Origin: Verrucomicrobiales bacterium
GTDB lineage: Bacteria > Verrucomicrobiota > Verrucomicrobiia > Verrucomicrobiales > V1-33
NCBI GenBank assembly: GCA_031411295.1
Contig: JANOAV010000037.1
Coordinates: 63,976 to 127,975 of the forward strand
DNA: 64,000 nt
Reading direction: 5' to 3'
Part shown: piece by piece, positions 29,687-39,600 of the stretch
Position numbering within the stretch: position 1 is the stretch's first letter
How the letters are laid out: every line of letters begins with the position of its first letter
Program-made: the position numbers and the translations under genes
Notes under the pieces: generated by a model
Database searches by the model: none
Told to the model about the DNA's origin: nothing
The model's input: only the letters and a program-made list of their open reading frames with translations

Positions 29687-30280
29687 ATGATTAAAGCTTT
29701 CCTCTTCGATATCGGCAACGTGCTGGTTAAATTCGATCACGCCCCGGCCGTCGCCAAAATTCAGGCGCACTCGGATGCCTCGGCTGAGGCAATCCGGGAG
29801 GTGGTGACCCAATTAATTGAGCCTCTGGAAACGGGGCGCATCAGTTCAGATAAGTTTCTGCAACAGGTCAGCGACGGCATTGGGTATCGGGGCACGGCGG
29901 CAGCGTTGGCGGAGGCCTACTGCGATATTTTCCAGCTCAACGAGCCGATGTGGGAATTGGTCGCCAGTCTGGCGGATCGCTATCCGTTGTATCTTTTCTC
30001 GAACACTAGCGAGTTACATTTGGGATTCCTCAATGCGCGCTATCCAGAGATGGCGAGTTTCACGGATGGGATCTACAGCATGCGGGTGGGAGCCATGAAG
30101 CCGGACCGTGAAATTTACCAAGCTGCGCTGGACTTGCTGCAAGTGGCACCAGAGGAAATTTTCTACATTGATGACTTGGAGCCCAATATTGCCGAGGGGC
30201 AAAAGCACGGATTCCAAACACACTGCTACCTCTGGCAGCGGCACGAAGCGCTGCTGGCAGAGGTAGGGCGTGTGTTGTAG
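29687..30280 (+). CDS. HAD family phosphatase (YihX-like)
   Basis: FDIGNV, FSNT, MKPDREIY, YIDD. Confidence 0.9.
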   Translation: MIKAFLFDIGNVLVKFDHAPAVAKIQAHSDASAEAIREVVTQLIEPLETGRISSDKFLQQVSDGIGYRGTAAALAEAYCDIFQLNEPMWELVASLADRYPLYLFSNTSELHLGFLNARYPEMASFTDGIYSMRVGAMKPDREIYQAALDLLQVAPEEIFYIDDLEPNIAEGQKHGFQTHCYLWQRHEALLAEVGRVL

Positions 30281-30299
30281 GGATGTTTTCGGAGATGCC

Positions 30300-31487
30300 T
30301 TAGCTGCGACGACGGCGCAAGAAGCTAGCTCCTGCCACCAAGGCAAGAACGGCGGTGCTGGGCTCGGGAACGACTGCGAAACTGTTACCGATTTTGATGT
30401 TCGAGAGGTAACCGAACATATCGGCATTGGTGCGCGTGAAGCCGTCTGCTTTGGCTGTGGCGACGTCGTTGTAGCCTAGCCAGATGGTGAATTCGGTAAC
30501 GGCATCATCTGGTCCCATGCCCAAGTGGGCTCCGGTGATATCCACTTCGTCATCGTAGTTGGAGGTGTAATTCCGGGGGTTGATGGGCGCGGCGGTGTTG
30601 GAGTCGCTAGGCGCGGCATCGAAGATTTTTGTGGTGTAATTATCCAGCGCCACCCAGCCGTTTTGCACGATATGAGTGCCTCGGTTGTTCAATGATCCAT
30701 CTGGTTTCAGATAGTCCCCGGAACCAGCTGGTTGACCAGCGAGAAATTGGGTGATGGTCTTTCCTTGCGGCAGTTGGAGCCCGGTGGCAGTGCCGCCCGT
30801 CTTGGTGCTTCCATCGGGATTGTAGAACGAGCTGCTGGCGAAATTGCTGTAATCCGTATTTTTGTAGGTGCCGAGGGTTGTTTGTAATTTTCCATTCGCA
30901 TCCAGGGAGGCAAACGATGCTTGGTCAGCCCCTCCCAAAGTAACCATGGCCCACTCGTAAATTTCGCCATCTCCATTGACATTAGAGAGCCGCATCGAAA
31001 GATCGCTGGCTTTGATTCCGAGGCTGGCATCGAAAGTAACCGTATAGGCCACGACGCCCCAGTCCCCTGGGCGACTTTTGCCACTCTGCATGGTGGCGTT
31101 GGCACCGAGACCATTGTTGGAGTCAATCGTGGCATTCATTCGGCTCCATTGGTTATTGCTGCTCAGGACTTGGCTCTTGATCGTGAAGTCCGTTTTTCCA
31201 TCGGAGCCGGGAGCATAATAGTTGCCGCCTCCGTTGCGGAGCACATCGTAGGATTTCGCGTTCGACCCAGTCCAAGTGCCCCCGCCTGCTTGGGCGGTCC
31301 CAGCCCGGCCTTCGAGGTCGTAGGGGATGGGAGTAGAGACGAACCCGTGATCGTCGTCGAACTTGATTTCATAGTTCCAGCCGGTGCTCACAGCGGCATT
31401 TACGGCAGGGATCAGGGCCACCATGGTCAGGAAGCACAAGCTGAGCTTGGCTTGAGTAGAGGTAGGGAGCATAGCAGAGAAAAGCAT
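30300..31487 (-). CDS. PEP-CTERM sorting domain protein
   Basis: Signal peptide and C-terminal VPEPSTAVLALVAGASFLRRRRS; start 31487 or 31472. Confidence 0.9.
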   Translation of the reverse strand: MLFSAMLPTSTQAKLSLCFLTMVALIPAVNAAVSTGWNYEIKFDDDHGFVSTPIPYDLEGRAGTAQAGGGTWTGSNAKSYDVLRNGGGNYYAPGSDGKTDFTIKSQVLSSNNQWSRMNATIDSNNGLGANATMQSGKSRPGDWGVVAYTVTFDASLGIKASDLSMRLSNVNGDGEIYEWAMVTLGGADQASFASLDANGKLQTTLGTYKNTDYSNFASSSFYNPDGSTKTGGTATGLQLPQGKTITQFLAGQPAGSGDYLKPDGSLNNRGTHIVQNGWVALDNYTTKIFDAAPSDSNTAAPINPRNYTSNYDDEVDITGAHLGMGPDDAVTEFTIWLGYNDVATAKADGFTRTNADMFGYLSNIKIGNSFAVVPEPSTAVLALVAGASFLRRRRS

Positions 31488-31634
31488 GGGTTGGATTATT
31501 TGCAATTGAATATCAAATTCGATTATTTTTTCAATATTAATAAAAGTAACGCAATCTAACACGTGTGCAACTCAAAATATTTAAGATTTCGCGAATATTT
31601 GCACTTTTAGCTTATAAATGTTCAGCGGTTTTTC

Positions 31635-31675
31635 TTGATTAAAAGTTTGATTAAATAAATAATATCTTCTATAAT
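31635..31675 (+). promoter_or_regulatory. promoter of the second PEP-CTERM gene with tandem ttgattaaa boxes
   Basis: TTGATT(31647)-17-TATAAT(31670), ATG 6 nt later; ttgattaaa at 31635 and 31647. Confidence 0.7.
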
Positions 31676-31681
31676 TTCCAT

Positions 31682-32518
31682 ATGATGAACTGCTCGCAAA
31701 TACTAAAAATCCACACCCTCTTAGGGGGGCTTCTCCTTGGCTTGTCGATAACAAGCCAATCGCATGGAACGGCATTTTCGGTTGCTTATGGGGTGCCGGG
31801 AATTCCAATAACAATGGAGCCTGATATTTATTATAATCAAAATTCTGCTGAAGGAGGTGGCCCTTGGGATCGAATATCAACCATTTTTCATGCGCCCGTA
31901 ACCACTTCAGAAGGTTCGGTCACACTGAAAAGCTCGGTCTATGGTAGGAATTACGATTCTGACCCCGCCAAGCCGGGCACATGGGGGCTGCTCAATCGTC
32001 AGACGTTGACCGGACTGAATGATCCGCCATGGCTCATCAAACATGGCCTGGCTCCAGAGTTCCCAGGCAGTCCGGAGTCTTACAGCTTCATCGACGGGGT
32101 CTGGACTCCCAAGCCAGCTTCCTATTTGTCCTTCGAAATTGAGGTGGATACGAACGTTGCCAACGAGGCGGTGCTCTTTGATGCGGTCAGTCTGAGGATC
32201 GCTGGACTATACAATACGGACGGAGACACCGACATTTGGGCTGCGACAAATCAGAATAATTTCCGTGGGTTCATCAACCCTGCGATCAGCGCGGAACCGG
32301 GGGTGGATTCGGATGTCTATACCTTCGATTTTGGCGCGGTGGACTTACTGGGTAAGAAATTAGAGGTGCGCATCTATGGCGTTCTGGGCCAGGATCAGGG
32401 CTATTTTGGCACGACTACGCTCAGCGGGTCATTCTCGCCAGTTCCACTCCCGGAACCGTCCATGGTAGCTCTGGGGCTCTTCGGGCTGGTTGGCTGTGCC
32501 CTCAAGCGCCGACGCTGA
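31682..32518 (+). CDS. PEP-CTERM sorting domain protein
   Basis: Signal peptide and C-terminal LPEPSMVALGLFGLVGCALKRRR. Confidence 0.9.
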   Translation: MMNCSQILKIHTLLGGLLLGLSITSQSHGTAFSVAYGVPGIPITMEPDIYYNQNSAEGGGPWDRISTIFHAPVTTSEGSVTLKSSVYGRNYDSDPAKPGTWGLLNRQTLTGLNDPPWLIKHGLAPEFPGSPESYSFIDGVWTPKPASYLSFEIEVDTNVANEAVLFDAVSLRIAGLYNTDGDTDIWAATNQNNFRGFINPAISAEPGVDSDVYTFDFGAVDLLGKKLEVRIYGVLGQDQGYFGTTTLSGSFSPVPLPEPSMVALGLFGLVGCALKRRR

Positions 32519-32620
32519 ATTTGAAGGAGACCTCGCCTTGGCATTGGATTCATTTTTGGGCTAATCTTCCGATCCCTCTCTTGCCATTATTACTTGAGTC
32601 CGAGCCTGATTGGTCGGATA

Positions 32621-32667
32621 TGAGGTGGTGCCAAGTAAACCTCAACCCAAGCACTGGCACCACCTCA
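32621..32667. repeat. 13-bp perfect inverted repeat
   Basis: tgaggtggtgcca-21 nt-tggcaccacctca. Confidence 0.7.
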
Positions 32668-32812
32668 ATCCCCTCAACACACGCGCGACCAGAAGGTCGC
32701 TCATGTTGCTGAAATATTAAGACATCTTAAGTATCGTGCAACCGCTTTCCCACATTTTTTGAAAATTCTGGGCGAAATTATCAATTCTGTCAGCGAAGGT
32801 GTCACCAGAATC

Positions 32813-33502
32813 ATGTTGCGCGAATTACCCAGTATTTTAGATAACTTGTTGATTTTAAATCAATTGCCGCATCCACGGAGCGCTGGCTGGCAGATGGCGT
32901 GCGACGAGTGGCTGCTCAATCACTCTTTCCAGCCAGTGCTTCGTGTGTATGCTTGGTCCGAGCCCGTGTGGTCATTTGGGTATTTTCAGCGACTCGAGAC
33001 AGTGCGTGCGGAGTTGGGTGGATTGGATGGGCCCCTCATGCGTCGATGGACGGGGGGAGGGATGGTGGATCATCGGGCTGATCTGCCGTATAGTTTGATC
33101 GTGCCCACCCAGTATCCGTGGTTGGCCACGGAGCAGAGTTATCACGCAGTTCACCGTGCACTGGCGGAAGCGCTGCGGCGGCAGGGGCTTGAAGCCGAGT
33201 TGCAAGCAGGTGAGTGCTCCGTCGGGCATCAATGTTTCCGCAATCCCGTTCCGGCGGATGTGATGCTAGAAGGGCGGAAAGTGGCCGGGGCCGCGCAACG
33301 GAGATCGCGTCGGGGAACGTTGCATCAGGGGAGTGTGCAGATTCCTTCCGGCCAGGTGGATGGACACGTCCTGCTGGTTGATTTGGCGGCGGCGTTGGCT
33401 CGGACTGCTGAGTTCTGTGAATTATCGGTCGATGACCTCGCAGGGATCGCTCGTTTGGCGGAGGAAAAATATGCCAGTCAGCAGTGGCTCCACCTTCGAT
33501 GA
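32813..33502 (+). CDS. lipoate-protein ligase / octanoyltransferase family protein (short LplA/LipM type)
   Basis: QMACDEWLL, LRVYAW, SFGYFQ, RRWTGGGMVDH, CF, GRKVAGAAQRR, LHQGS; start uncertain. Confidence 0.85.
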   Translation: MLRELPSILDNLLILNQLPHPRSAGWQMACDEWLLNHSFQPVLRVYAWSEPVWSFGYFQRLETVRAELGGLDGPLMRRWTGGGMVDHRADLPYSLIVPTQYPWLATEQSYHAVHRALAEALRRQGLEAELQAGECSVGHQCFRNPVPADVMLEGRKVAGAAQRRSRRGTLHQGSVQIPSGQVDGHVLLVDLAAALARTAEFCELSVDDLAGIARLAEEKYASQQWLHLR

Positions 33503-33535
33503 GCGAGGAGTGAGCAATTCTGGAGACTTTGATAC

Positions 33536-33567
33536 AAAAAAGGCTGGCTTCAATGAAGAAGCCAGCC
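33536..33567 (-). terminator. intrinsic terminator of the small lipoprotein gene
   Basis: 10-bp stem ggctggcttc/gaagccagcc followed by U6 on the minus strand. Confidence 0.8.
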
Positions 33568-33606
33568 GGCAATTAGTCAGGTTACAGACGAACCCGAAAA
33601 AAGAGC

Positions 33607-33717
33607 TTACTTACGTGGTTGCACGTAGCCGCCGGTGGCTGCTGGTGGTGGTGTGCTGGATTTGCAGGACACGAGACCGAAGATCATGGCGGTAAGAGCG
33701 AGGGCGATATATTTCAT
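33607..33717 (-). CDS. 36-aa small lipoprotein
   Basis: MKYIALALTAMIFGLVS^CKSSTPPPAATGGYVQPRK with a lipobox, an A/C-rich leader and its own terminator. Confidence 0.75.
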   Translation of the reverse strand: MKYIALALTAMIFGLVSCKSSTPPPAATGGYVQPRK

Positions 33718-33918
33718 AGTTTCTGGTTGTTTTATGGGTATTGAGTTGGACAAAGAACTTGCCCGAGAAGATTAATTAGCCATTTTCGTGCCCGGTGCAA
33801 ATTAAAGTTCTGTGGATTCTTTCGTGGGGCTTGCGACTTGGAGTCATCCGTGTTTGGTGCTCGCATGGACGGAAATGGCAGCAGCAAGGCGACATTTTCG
33901 ACTCCGCCCCAGACCCAC

Positions 33919-35889
33919 ATGGCTCCTGCCTCCCCTGAGAATAATCCTCCGCTTCCCTGGACCAAACGCCTCGCGGCGTTTGGGGTTTACTGTGGCTACC
34001 GTTTCTTGGAGACATGGTGCCGCGTGCTGCCGTTGCCGATCGTCTTTCATTTCGGGCGGTGCCTGGGTTGGGTCGTTAGTTGGGTGTTGCCGGGATACCG
34101 TCGCTTGGCGGAGCGAAATCTAACCATTGCTTTTGGCCGGACCCAGTCTGCCAAACAGATCCGTATTCTGGCAAGGAAACATTTCACCACCTTGGGAGGA
34201 AACTTGCTTTGCAGTTTCAAGGTGCCTTGGATGAGCGTTGCGGAGGTCGATGCACGGGTGGAATGGGCGGGATTGGAACATGCGGCGGCGGCTCAGGCGG
34301 CCGGGCAAGGATTTGTTTTCGCCCTGCTCCACATGGGGAATTGGGAAATTTTATCCCAAATGGAACGAATCACGGCCGGAGCCCCACCGGCTGCCATGTT
34401 TCAGCGGTTGGCCAATCCATATCTGAATGCCCATGTGGAGCGATTGCGGGCCCGCACTGGCTGTAGGTTGTTCGACCGCCGGGACGGTTTTTTCGGCCCC
34501 ACCAAATGGCTCAGAGAGAACGGGACTATCGGCATCCTGGTGGATCAACACGCAGGCGATGCTGGGGTCTGGGTGCCGTTGTTTGACCGCCTTGCTTCCA
34601 CCACTAACTTAATTCACTTGCTGGCCATGCGGGCCAAGGCTCCCATCCTGCCAGTGTCCGTTTCCACGATTGGTCCGGCCCGGTGGCGTGTCGAAGTCAT
34701 GCCGCCCCTGCCAATTGATCGGGAGCTGGATGTGAGCGTGGCCTTGATGAATCAAGTGCTGGAAAACATTATTCGCAGCTCCCCGGCGGACTGGTTCTGG
34801 GTGCATAATCGCTGGAAGACGCCAAAACCCAATTTTCTTTTGCAAAACTACAAACGTGGCGTCGTCTTACCGCCAGGATTTACTATGGATAAACTACAAC
34901 CCTTCGAGATTCTGCTGCGTTCCACCAATTGGCTGGGAGATGCCTGCATGGCCCTGCCGGCGGTGCGGGCGATTCGTCGGGGCCGCCCCGATGTCCGGCT
35001 GACCGTGCTAACGCCAGCCAAGTTGGGTGATTTCTGGCGCTTGATTCCAGAAGTGGACGAGGTGTTGGAAATTCCTGCCTCAGCGGGCTTATTTAGCGTG
35101 CGCAGATTGGTGCGCCGGACTGGCCGAGTGTATGATGCCGCCGTGCTTTTGCCGAACTCGCTGCGGACGGCCTTGGAAGTAAAGGTAAAAAATGTGCTGA
35201 CGGTGGTGGGTTACGCTGGTCATTGGCGCAAGCAGTTGCTGACCCAAGTCATCCCAGCAGCCAAGCACAAAGGCCCCCTGCGGCACCATTCGGAGCATTA
35301 TTTACGGATCGCTGAGCGGCTGGGCGGCTTTATCAAGGATCCAACGCTGTTTGCTCCCGTGCCATCGGGAGAGTTGAGGCCGGCGCAGACCTTGCGTCTG
35401 GGCCTCTGCCCCGGGGCAGAGTATGGTCCGGCCAAGCGTTGGCCCGTCGAGCGCTATGCCGAGACCGCGTTAGCCATTGCGGAACGAACCGGCTGCGAGT
35501 GGGTCATCTTCGGTGCCAAGGGAGATATCCCGCTGGCTGAAGAGTTAGCCCAATTGATGCAGGGACAATGCCTGAATCTGACCGGGCAGACCAGCCTGCA
35601 GCAACTGGCCGAGGCCCTGAAGAAATGTGCTTTGTTGCTGACGAATGATACCGGCACCATGCATTTTGCGGCGGCCTTGGGGGTGCCAACAGTGGCCATC
35701 TTCGGCTCCACCGAGCCCGATTGGACTGGACCGCTGGGCGCGCAGCATACTGTCCTCCGTCGTCACGTGGAATGCAGTCCGTGCTTTAAACGGGAGTGCC
35801 CGCTCGATTTTCGCTGCATGAAGGAAATCTCGCCCGCGCATGTTGTCGGAGCGGTGCTCGCAGCGTTGCCAGAAACTACGCCATCCTAA
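33919..35889 (+). CDS. waaF: fused lipid A acyltransferase (LpxL-like) and LPS heptosyltransferase II (GT9)
   Basis: N-terminal half HMGNWE, LVDQHAG, WFWVHNRWK; C-terminal half NWLGDACM, CPGAEYGPAKRW, TNDTGTMH, AIFGST, CSPCF. Confidence 0.88.
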   Translation: MAPASPENNPPLPWTKRLAAFGVYCGYRFLETWCRVLPLPIVFHFGRCLGWVVSWVLPGYRRLAERNLTIAFGRTQSAKQIRILARKHFTTLGGNLLCSFKVPWMSVAEVDARVEWAGLEHAAAAQAAGQGFVFALLHMGNWEILSQMERITAGAPPAAMFQRLANPYLNAHVERLRARTGCRLFDRRDGFFGPTKWLRENGTIGILVDQHAGDAGVWVPLFDRLASTTNLIHLLAMRAKAPILPVSVSTIGPARWRVEVMPPLPIDRELDVSVALMNQVLENIIRSSPADWFWVHNRWKTPKPNFLLQNYKRGVVLPPGFTMDKLQPFEILLRSTNWLGDACMALPAVRAIRRGRPDVRLTVLTPAKLGDFWRLIPEVDEVLEIPASAGLFSVRRLVRRTGRVYDAAVLLPNSLRTALEVKVKNVLTVVGYAGHWRKQLLTQVIPAAKHKGPLRHHSEHYLRIAERLGGFIKDPTLFAPVPSGELRPAQTLRLGLCPGAEYGPAKRWPVERYAETALAIAERTGCEWVIFGAKGDIPLAEELAQLMQGQCLNLTGQTSLQQLAEALKKCALLLTNDTGTMHFAAALGVPTVAIFGSTEPDWTGPLGAQHTVLRRHVECSPCFKRECPLDFRCMKEISPAHVVGAVLAALPETTPS

Positions 35890-36054
35890 AGTGGGGAACG
35901 AACTCCAAGAAGTGGCATCCGGTTCGAGAAATTCTTCGTTTTCTTTGAATAATCGGGTATATTGCTCCGTCTTGTTAAACAGAAGGCTACTCTCGTGGCG
36001 CAGTTTGTCACGTCGTCGTCTCTCCCCCTAAAACCCCATAAACCAACCAATCGA

Positions 36055-36405
36055 ATGAAAAAACTTCAACTGATGCTTCTGGCTGCGGCCTGCTCTCTGG
36101 CGGCCGTTTCCTGTGAATCCTACGGCCCTAACGCCCGCATGGGCACGGCACTCGGCGGTCTGGGGGGCGCAGTCTTAGGCGGTGTCATCGGGCACCAATC
36201 CGGACGCGGTCTCGAAGGTGCAGCCATCGGCGGTGCGGCCGGAGCAGGTGCGGGAGCCCTCATGGGTTCCGCAGCGGATCAACGCAACCGCCAGCAAGGC
36301 GGATACAATCAAAATCAAGGATACAACCAGGGTTACGATGACCGGTATAACAACCCGCCCCCACGCTATCGCCAGGATCCTCCTCCTGGATACTATCGCT
36401 ACTAG
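36055..36405 (+). CDS. glycine-zipper lipoprotein
   Basis: Lipobox AVS^C, GTALGGLGGAVLGGVIG...GAAIGGAAGAGAGA, Y/Q/P-rich tail. Confidence 0.88.
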   Translation: MKKLQLMLLAAACSLAAVSCESYGPNARMGTALGGLGGAVLGGVIGHQSGRGLEGAAIGGAAGAGAGALMGSAADQRNRQQGGYNQNQGYNQGYDDRYNNPPPRYRQDPPPGYYRY

Positions 36406-36426
36406 CCAAATAGTGCATTGCTTGTG

Positions 36427-36464
36427 AACGGCCTCCAGTGTCCTCTGGAGGCCGTTTCGCTTTT
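36427..36464 (+). terminator. intrinsic terminator
   Basis: aacggcctccag-tgtcct-ctggaggccgtt then tcgctttt. Confidence 0.75.
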
Positions 36465-36601
36465 ATGGCTAGTCCGTTGGCAGGGGCGAGAGTGGAGGGA
36501 ACCGTGACCGTTTCTGAGGGGGAGTCTGGCCCTGCGTTAAGGTGTTGTCCTATCATCAAGGTGATTGACGCGCATCTTGAAACACGCTGTGATAGGAACC
36601 T

Positions 36602-39600
36602 ATGAAACGAACTTTAATCGCGATCTGGCTCCTGAGTCACACGCTGCCGGGATTGCAAGCCGCCAACCTAACGCAAACAGTTGTTAGCGAGACCGCCCAG
36701 AACTACTGGCAGGTGCCCGCCTTCCTGCCGGATGGGGCCAATAATGTGACCAATCCGGCCACCCCCACCAACGCGACGAACCCTTCGGATTGGAATAAAT
36801 TTCTCCCCACGCTCTGGAGCACGTTCAATACTCCACCAGCCAAGGGGGCTCTCACGACCAACTATTGGCACACCGGCAATCTCACCACCACCACGCAGAA
36901 GGGCGGCCTGGGCTACGATACTTCCACGACGTCCTATGATTACGGCGTATTTCTGGACAGCATTAGTAGGGTGGATGTCTTGGCTGAGCTGTATTTAAAG
37001 GAGACGCGCCTGAATGTGCGCATCCCGTTTGCGATTCCACCGGAGGTATTTGTTGCCACCATCTCCAAGGTGGAACTGGTGTTGCGTTTTGATGACGGCT
37101 TCGGGGCTTGGTTGGCCTCCAGTCAAGCTCCTGATGGCGTCAAACTGGCGGCGGATTTGGAGCCCACAGCGGACAACCTCATGAGCGCGGGCCGCACGGA
37201 TGACCAATCCGTCTTGACCAAAACCTACGATGTCACCACCGCCTTTGTGGCCAACGCGGTTTCTGGAAACCAAAACGTGCTCTGCCTCCGGGGCTACAAT
37301 AACTCAAAAAGCAGTTCGGATTTCCTCCTCCAATCTAAGCTCGTGATCACCTATCCGGGTCCCGATCCGATTATGTCCCTCCCTTGGACTCACACCGAGC
37401 CCAAGGGAGCCTCCATCTTCAGTGCGCACCAGCTCCTGTCGCTGTTTCCCAATGAAGTGCGGACGGCTAGTGTGGCCCTGCAATCCGGACAATTTCTCAG
37501 TGTGGCTGGCAACGATGCGACCGCCAATGCGAATTGGGGACTGCAAATTTTGGATCCCTCCGGAGGCATCGTGGCGGACGGTTGTCTTTGCCAGTTGGAG
37601 CCCCTGTTTTGTCCCCCAGCGACCACTGCAGGCACCTATCAGATCAAGGTCATTAATCGCACCAGTCTCGGACGCACCTTCACGCTGGATGCCGCCATCA
37701 ATGCGGCGGTGGTTTACGGTTCCCGAGCTGCGCCCTTGGACTTGGGGAATAAATTTCGTCCCTCCCCGACCGGAGGTTGGGAGCCGCTGGGAGTCCTTTG
37801 CAACGCCCCTGCTTCAGCTACCGCGGCGGTCCCCCAGTCCTGGGAACTGAATCTGCCCGCCGGCGTCTCCCTACTGCAATTCGGCTGGGATGGCACTGCG
37901 GGCAGCGTGGCGGCGGCATCGATGTTAGTCGAAAATGTCACCACTGGACTTTCCGCCAATTTCTCCCCCGGGACCCGCTCCCGCACCGTGGTGGCTAACG
38001 ATGCAAGCTTGGGTGCGCTGGGTTCCGCAAAATTACGGGTCACGCTAACGGGACCACTGGCGGGTTTCAGTGGGGTCTTTACGGTTAGTCCCGAACAAGC
38101 TTTGGAACAGGAACCCGACCCGCCGCAGGATCAGGTGGAATCAACCTCTGGCGGAGTGCGGTCCGGCCAGATTGGCTTGGGTGCTAACTTGGCCACCACC
38201 ACAAAGTTTGCCATGTTTGGCGACTACGGAGCCGCCACGGTGAACGAAGCGGCCGTGGCCACGCTCGTGAAATCCTGGAATCCCGACTTCATTGTTAGTC
38301 TGGGGGACAATAATTATTTACCCGTCACCAGCATGGCTAATTGGGAGACTGCCGTGGGCAACTACTACGGAGACTATATCCTCGGCCGCACCGACGGCTT
38401 GTATCCCAAACAAACCGCCACGGAGCAACGGTTCTTCGCACTCATCGGAAATCATGATTATGGCACGGGCTCCGGCCTGGGCATTGCGGCCGCCATTCTC
38501 AACGGCAACAACAGTTATTTCCGCGCCTACTTTATCGATAATGCCAGCGGCGGAGCGCCCCGTCTCCCCATCAGCAGCGGGCGCGCAGATAGCACCGGCA
38601 TTTACTATGAGTTCGTGAAAGGAAGCTGCCACTTCTTTATGATCGACAGCAATCAGACTCTGACTAATCCTGATTTCCTGACCGAAACTCAGAATTGGTT
38701 GACCACCCGGATTGCTGCCTCCACCTCCCGTTGGAAGATCCTCGCCTGCCACCACTCCAGTTACGGCACCAGCAATAATTACAACACGACCGCCCAGATG
38801 ACCTGGGTCGCCAGCGTGCCAGGCATCGATGTCGTGCTCCAAGCCCATGCCCATGTGTATGAGCGGCTGCAAGTGAATCAGACCACCATCCTCAACGTGG
38901 GCACGGGCGGCACCAGCCTGTATAGCTTCGGGGCCAACCCGATTCCGGAAGATCGCTTCCGCTCAGCAAACTATGGTGCCGTGCTGGCCTCCGCCTCAGA
39001 CAATGGACTGAAGTTCCAATACTTCCCCACCAATCCCAACAGCTCCCCCACGGACACCGTGGTGCTCGGCAGTGAGTATGCCAACGATCGTGACCGCTAC
39101 GTCTTCGCTCCCGTTCCGTGGAGCACAACGCGGTTCAAGGTGAGCCCCAAAATTTACCCCTTGGGGCTCACCAACCAATTGCAGCCTAAGCTGGAAGTCC
39201 TCGACGCCACTGGTAACGTGCTCGCCTCTGCCACCGCCGCGAGTCCCGGCGGCAGCATTAGTCTGGACTGGTTGCAAACCACCGCCCTGAACGGCTTGAA
39301 CGTGCGCCTCGGGGGAGTGGGCTCCGGCCAGGGGGAATACCTCCTGGAAGAAACTCCCCTGATGGCCAGCAGTTACCAGACCTGGCTCACCCAGCATTTC
39401 CCAGCAGTCAATGCACCCGAGGCTCAACCCACCGCAGATCCAGATCAGGATAATCTCCCCAATTTCCTGGAATACGCCCTCACCGCCCTGCCACGTTCCC
39501 CCGATGCCCCCCAGGCCAGTGCACGGATGCCCGTGCCGGTTAAATTGCCCACCGGGGCTGCGGGAATCGATCTAACGCAACGCAACACCCTGCCCCCGGA

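Noticed and set aside
36298..36402. GYNQ-type short repeats
   Set aside because: Low-complexity coding tail typical of glycine-zipper lipoproteins, not a DNA array.
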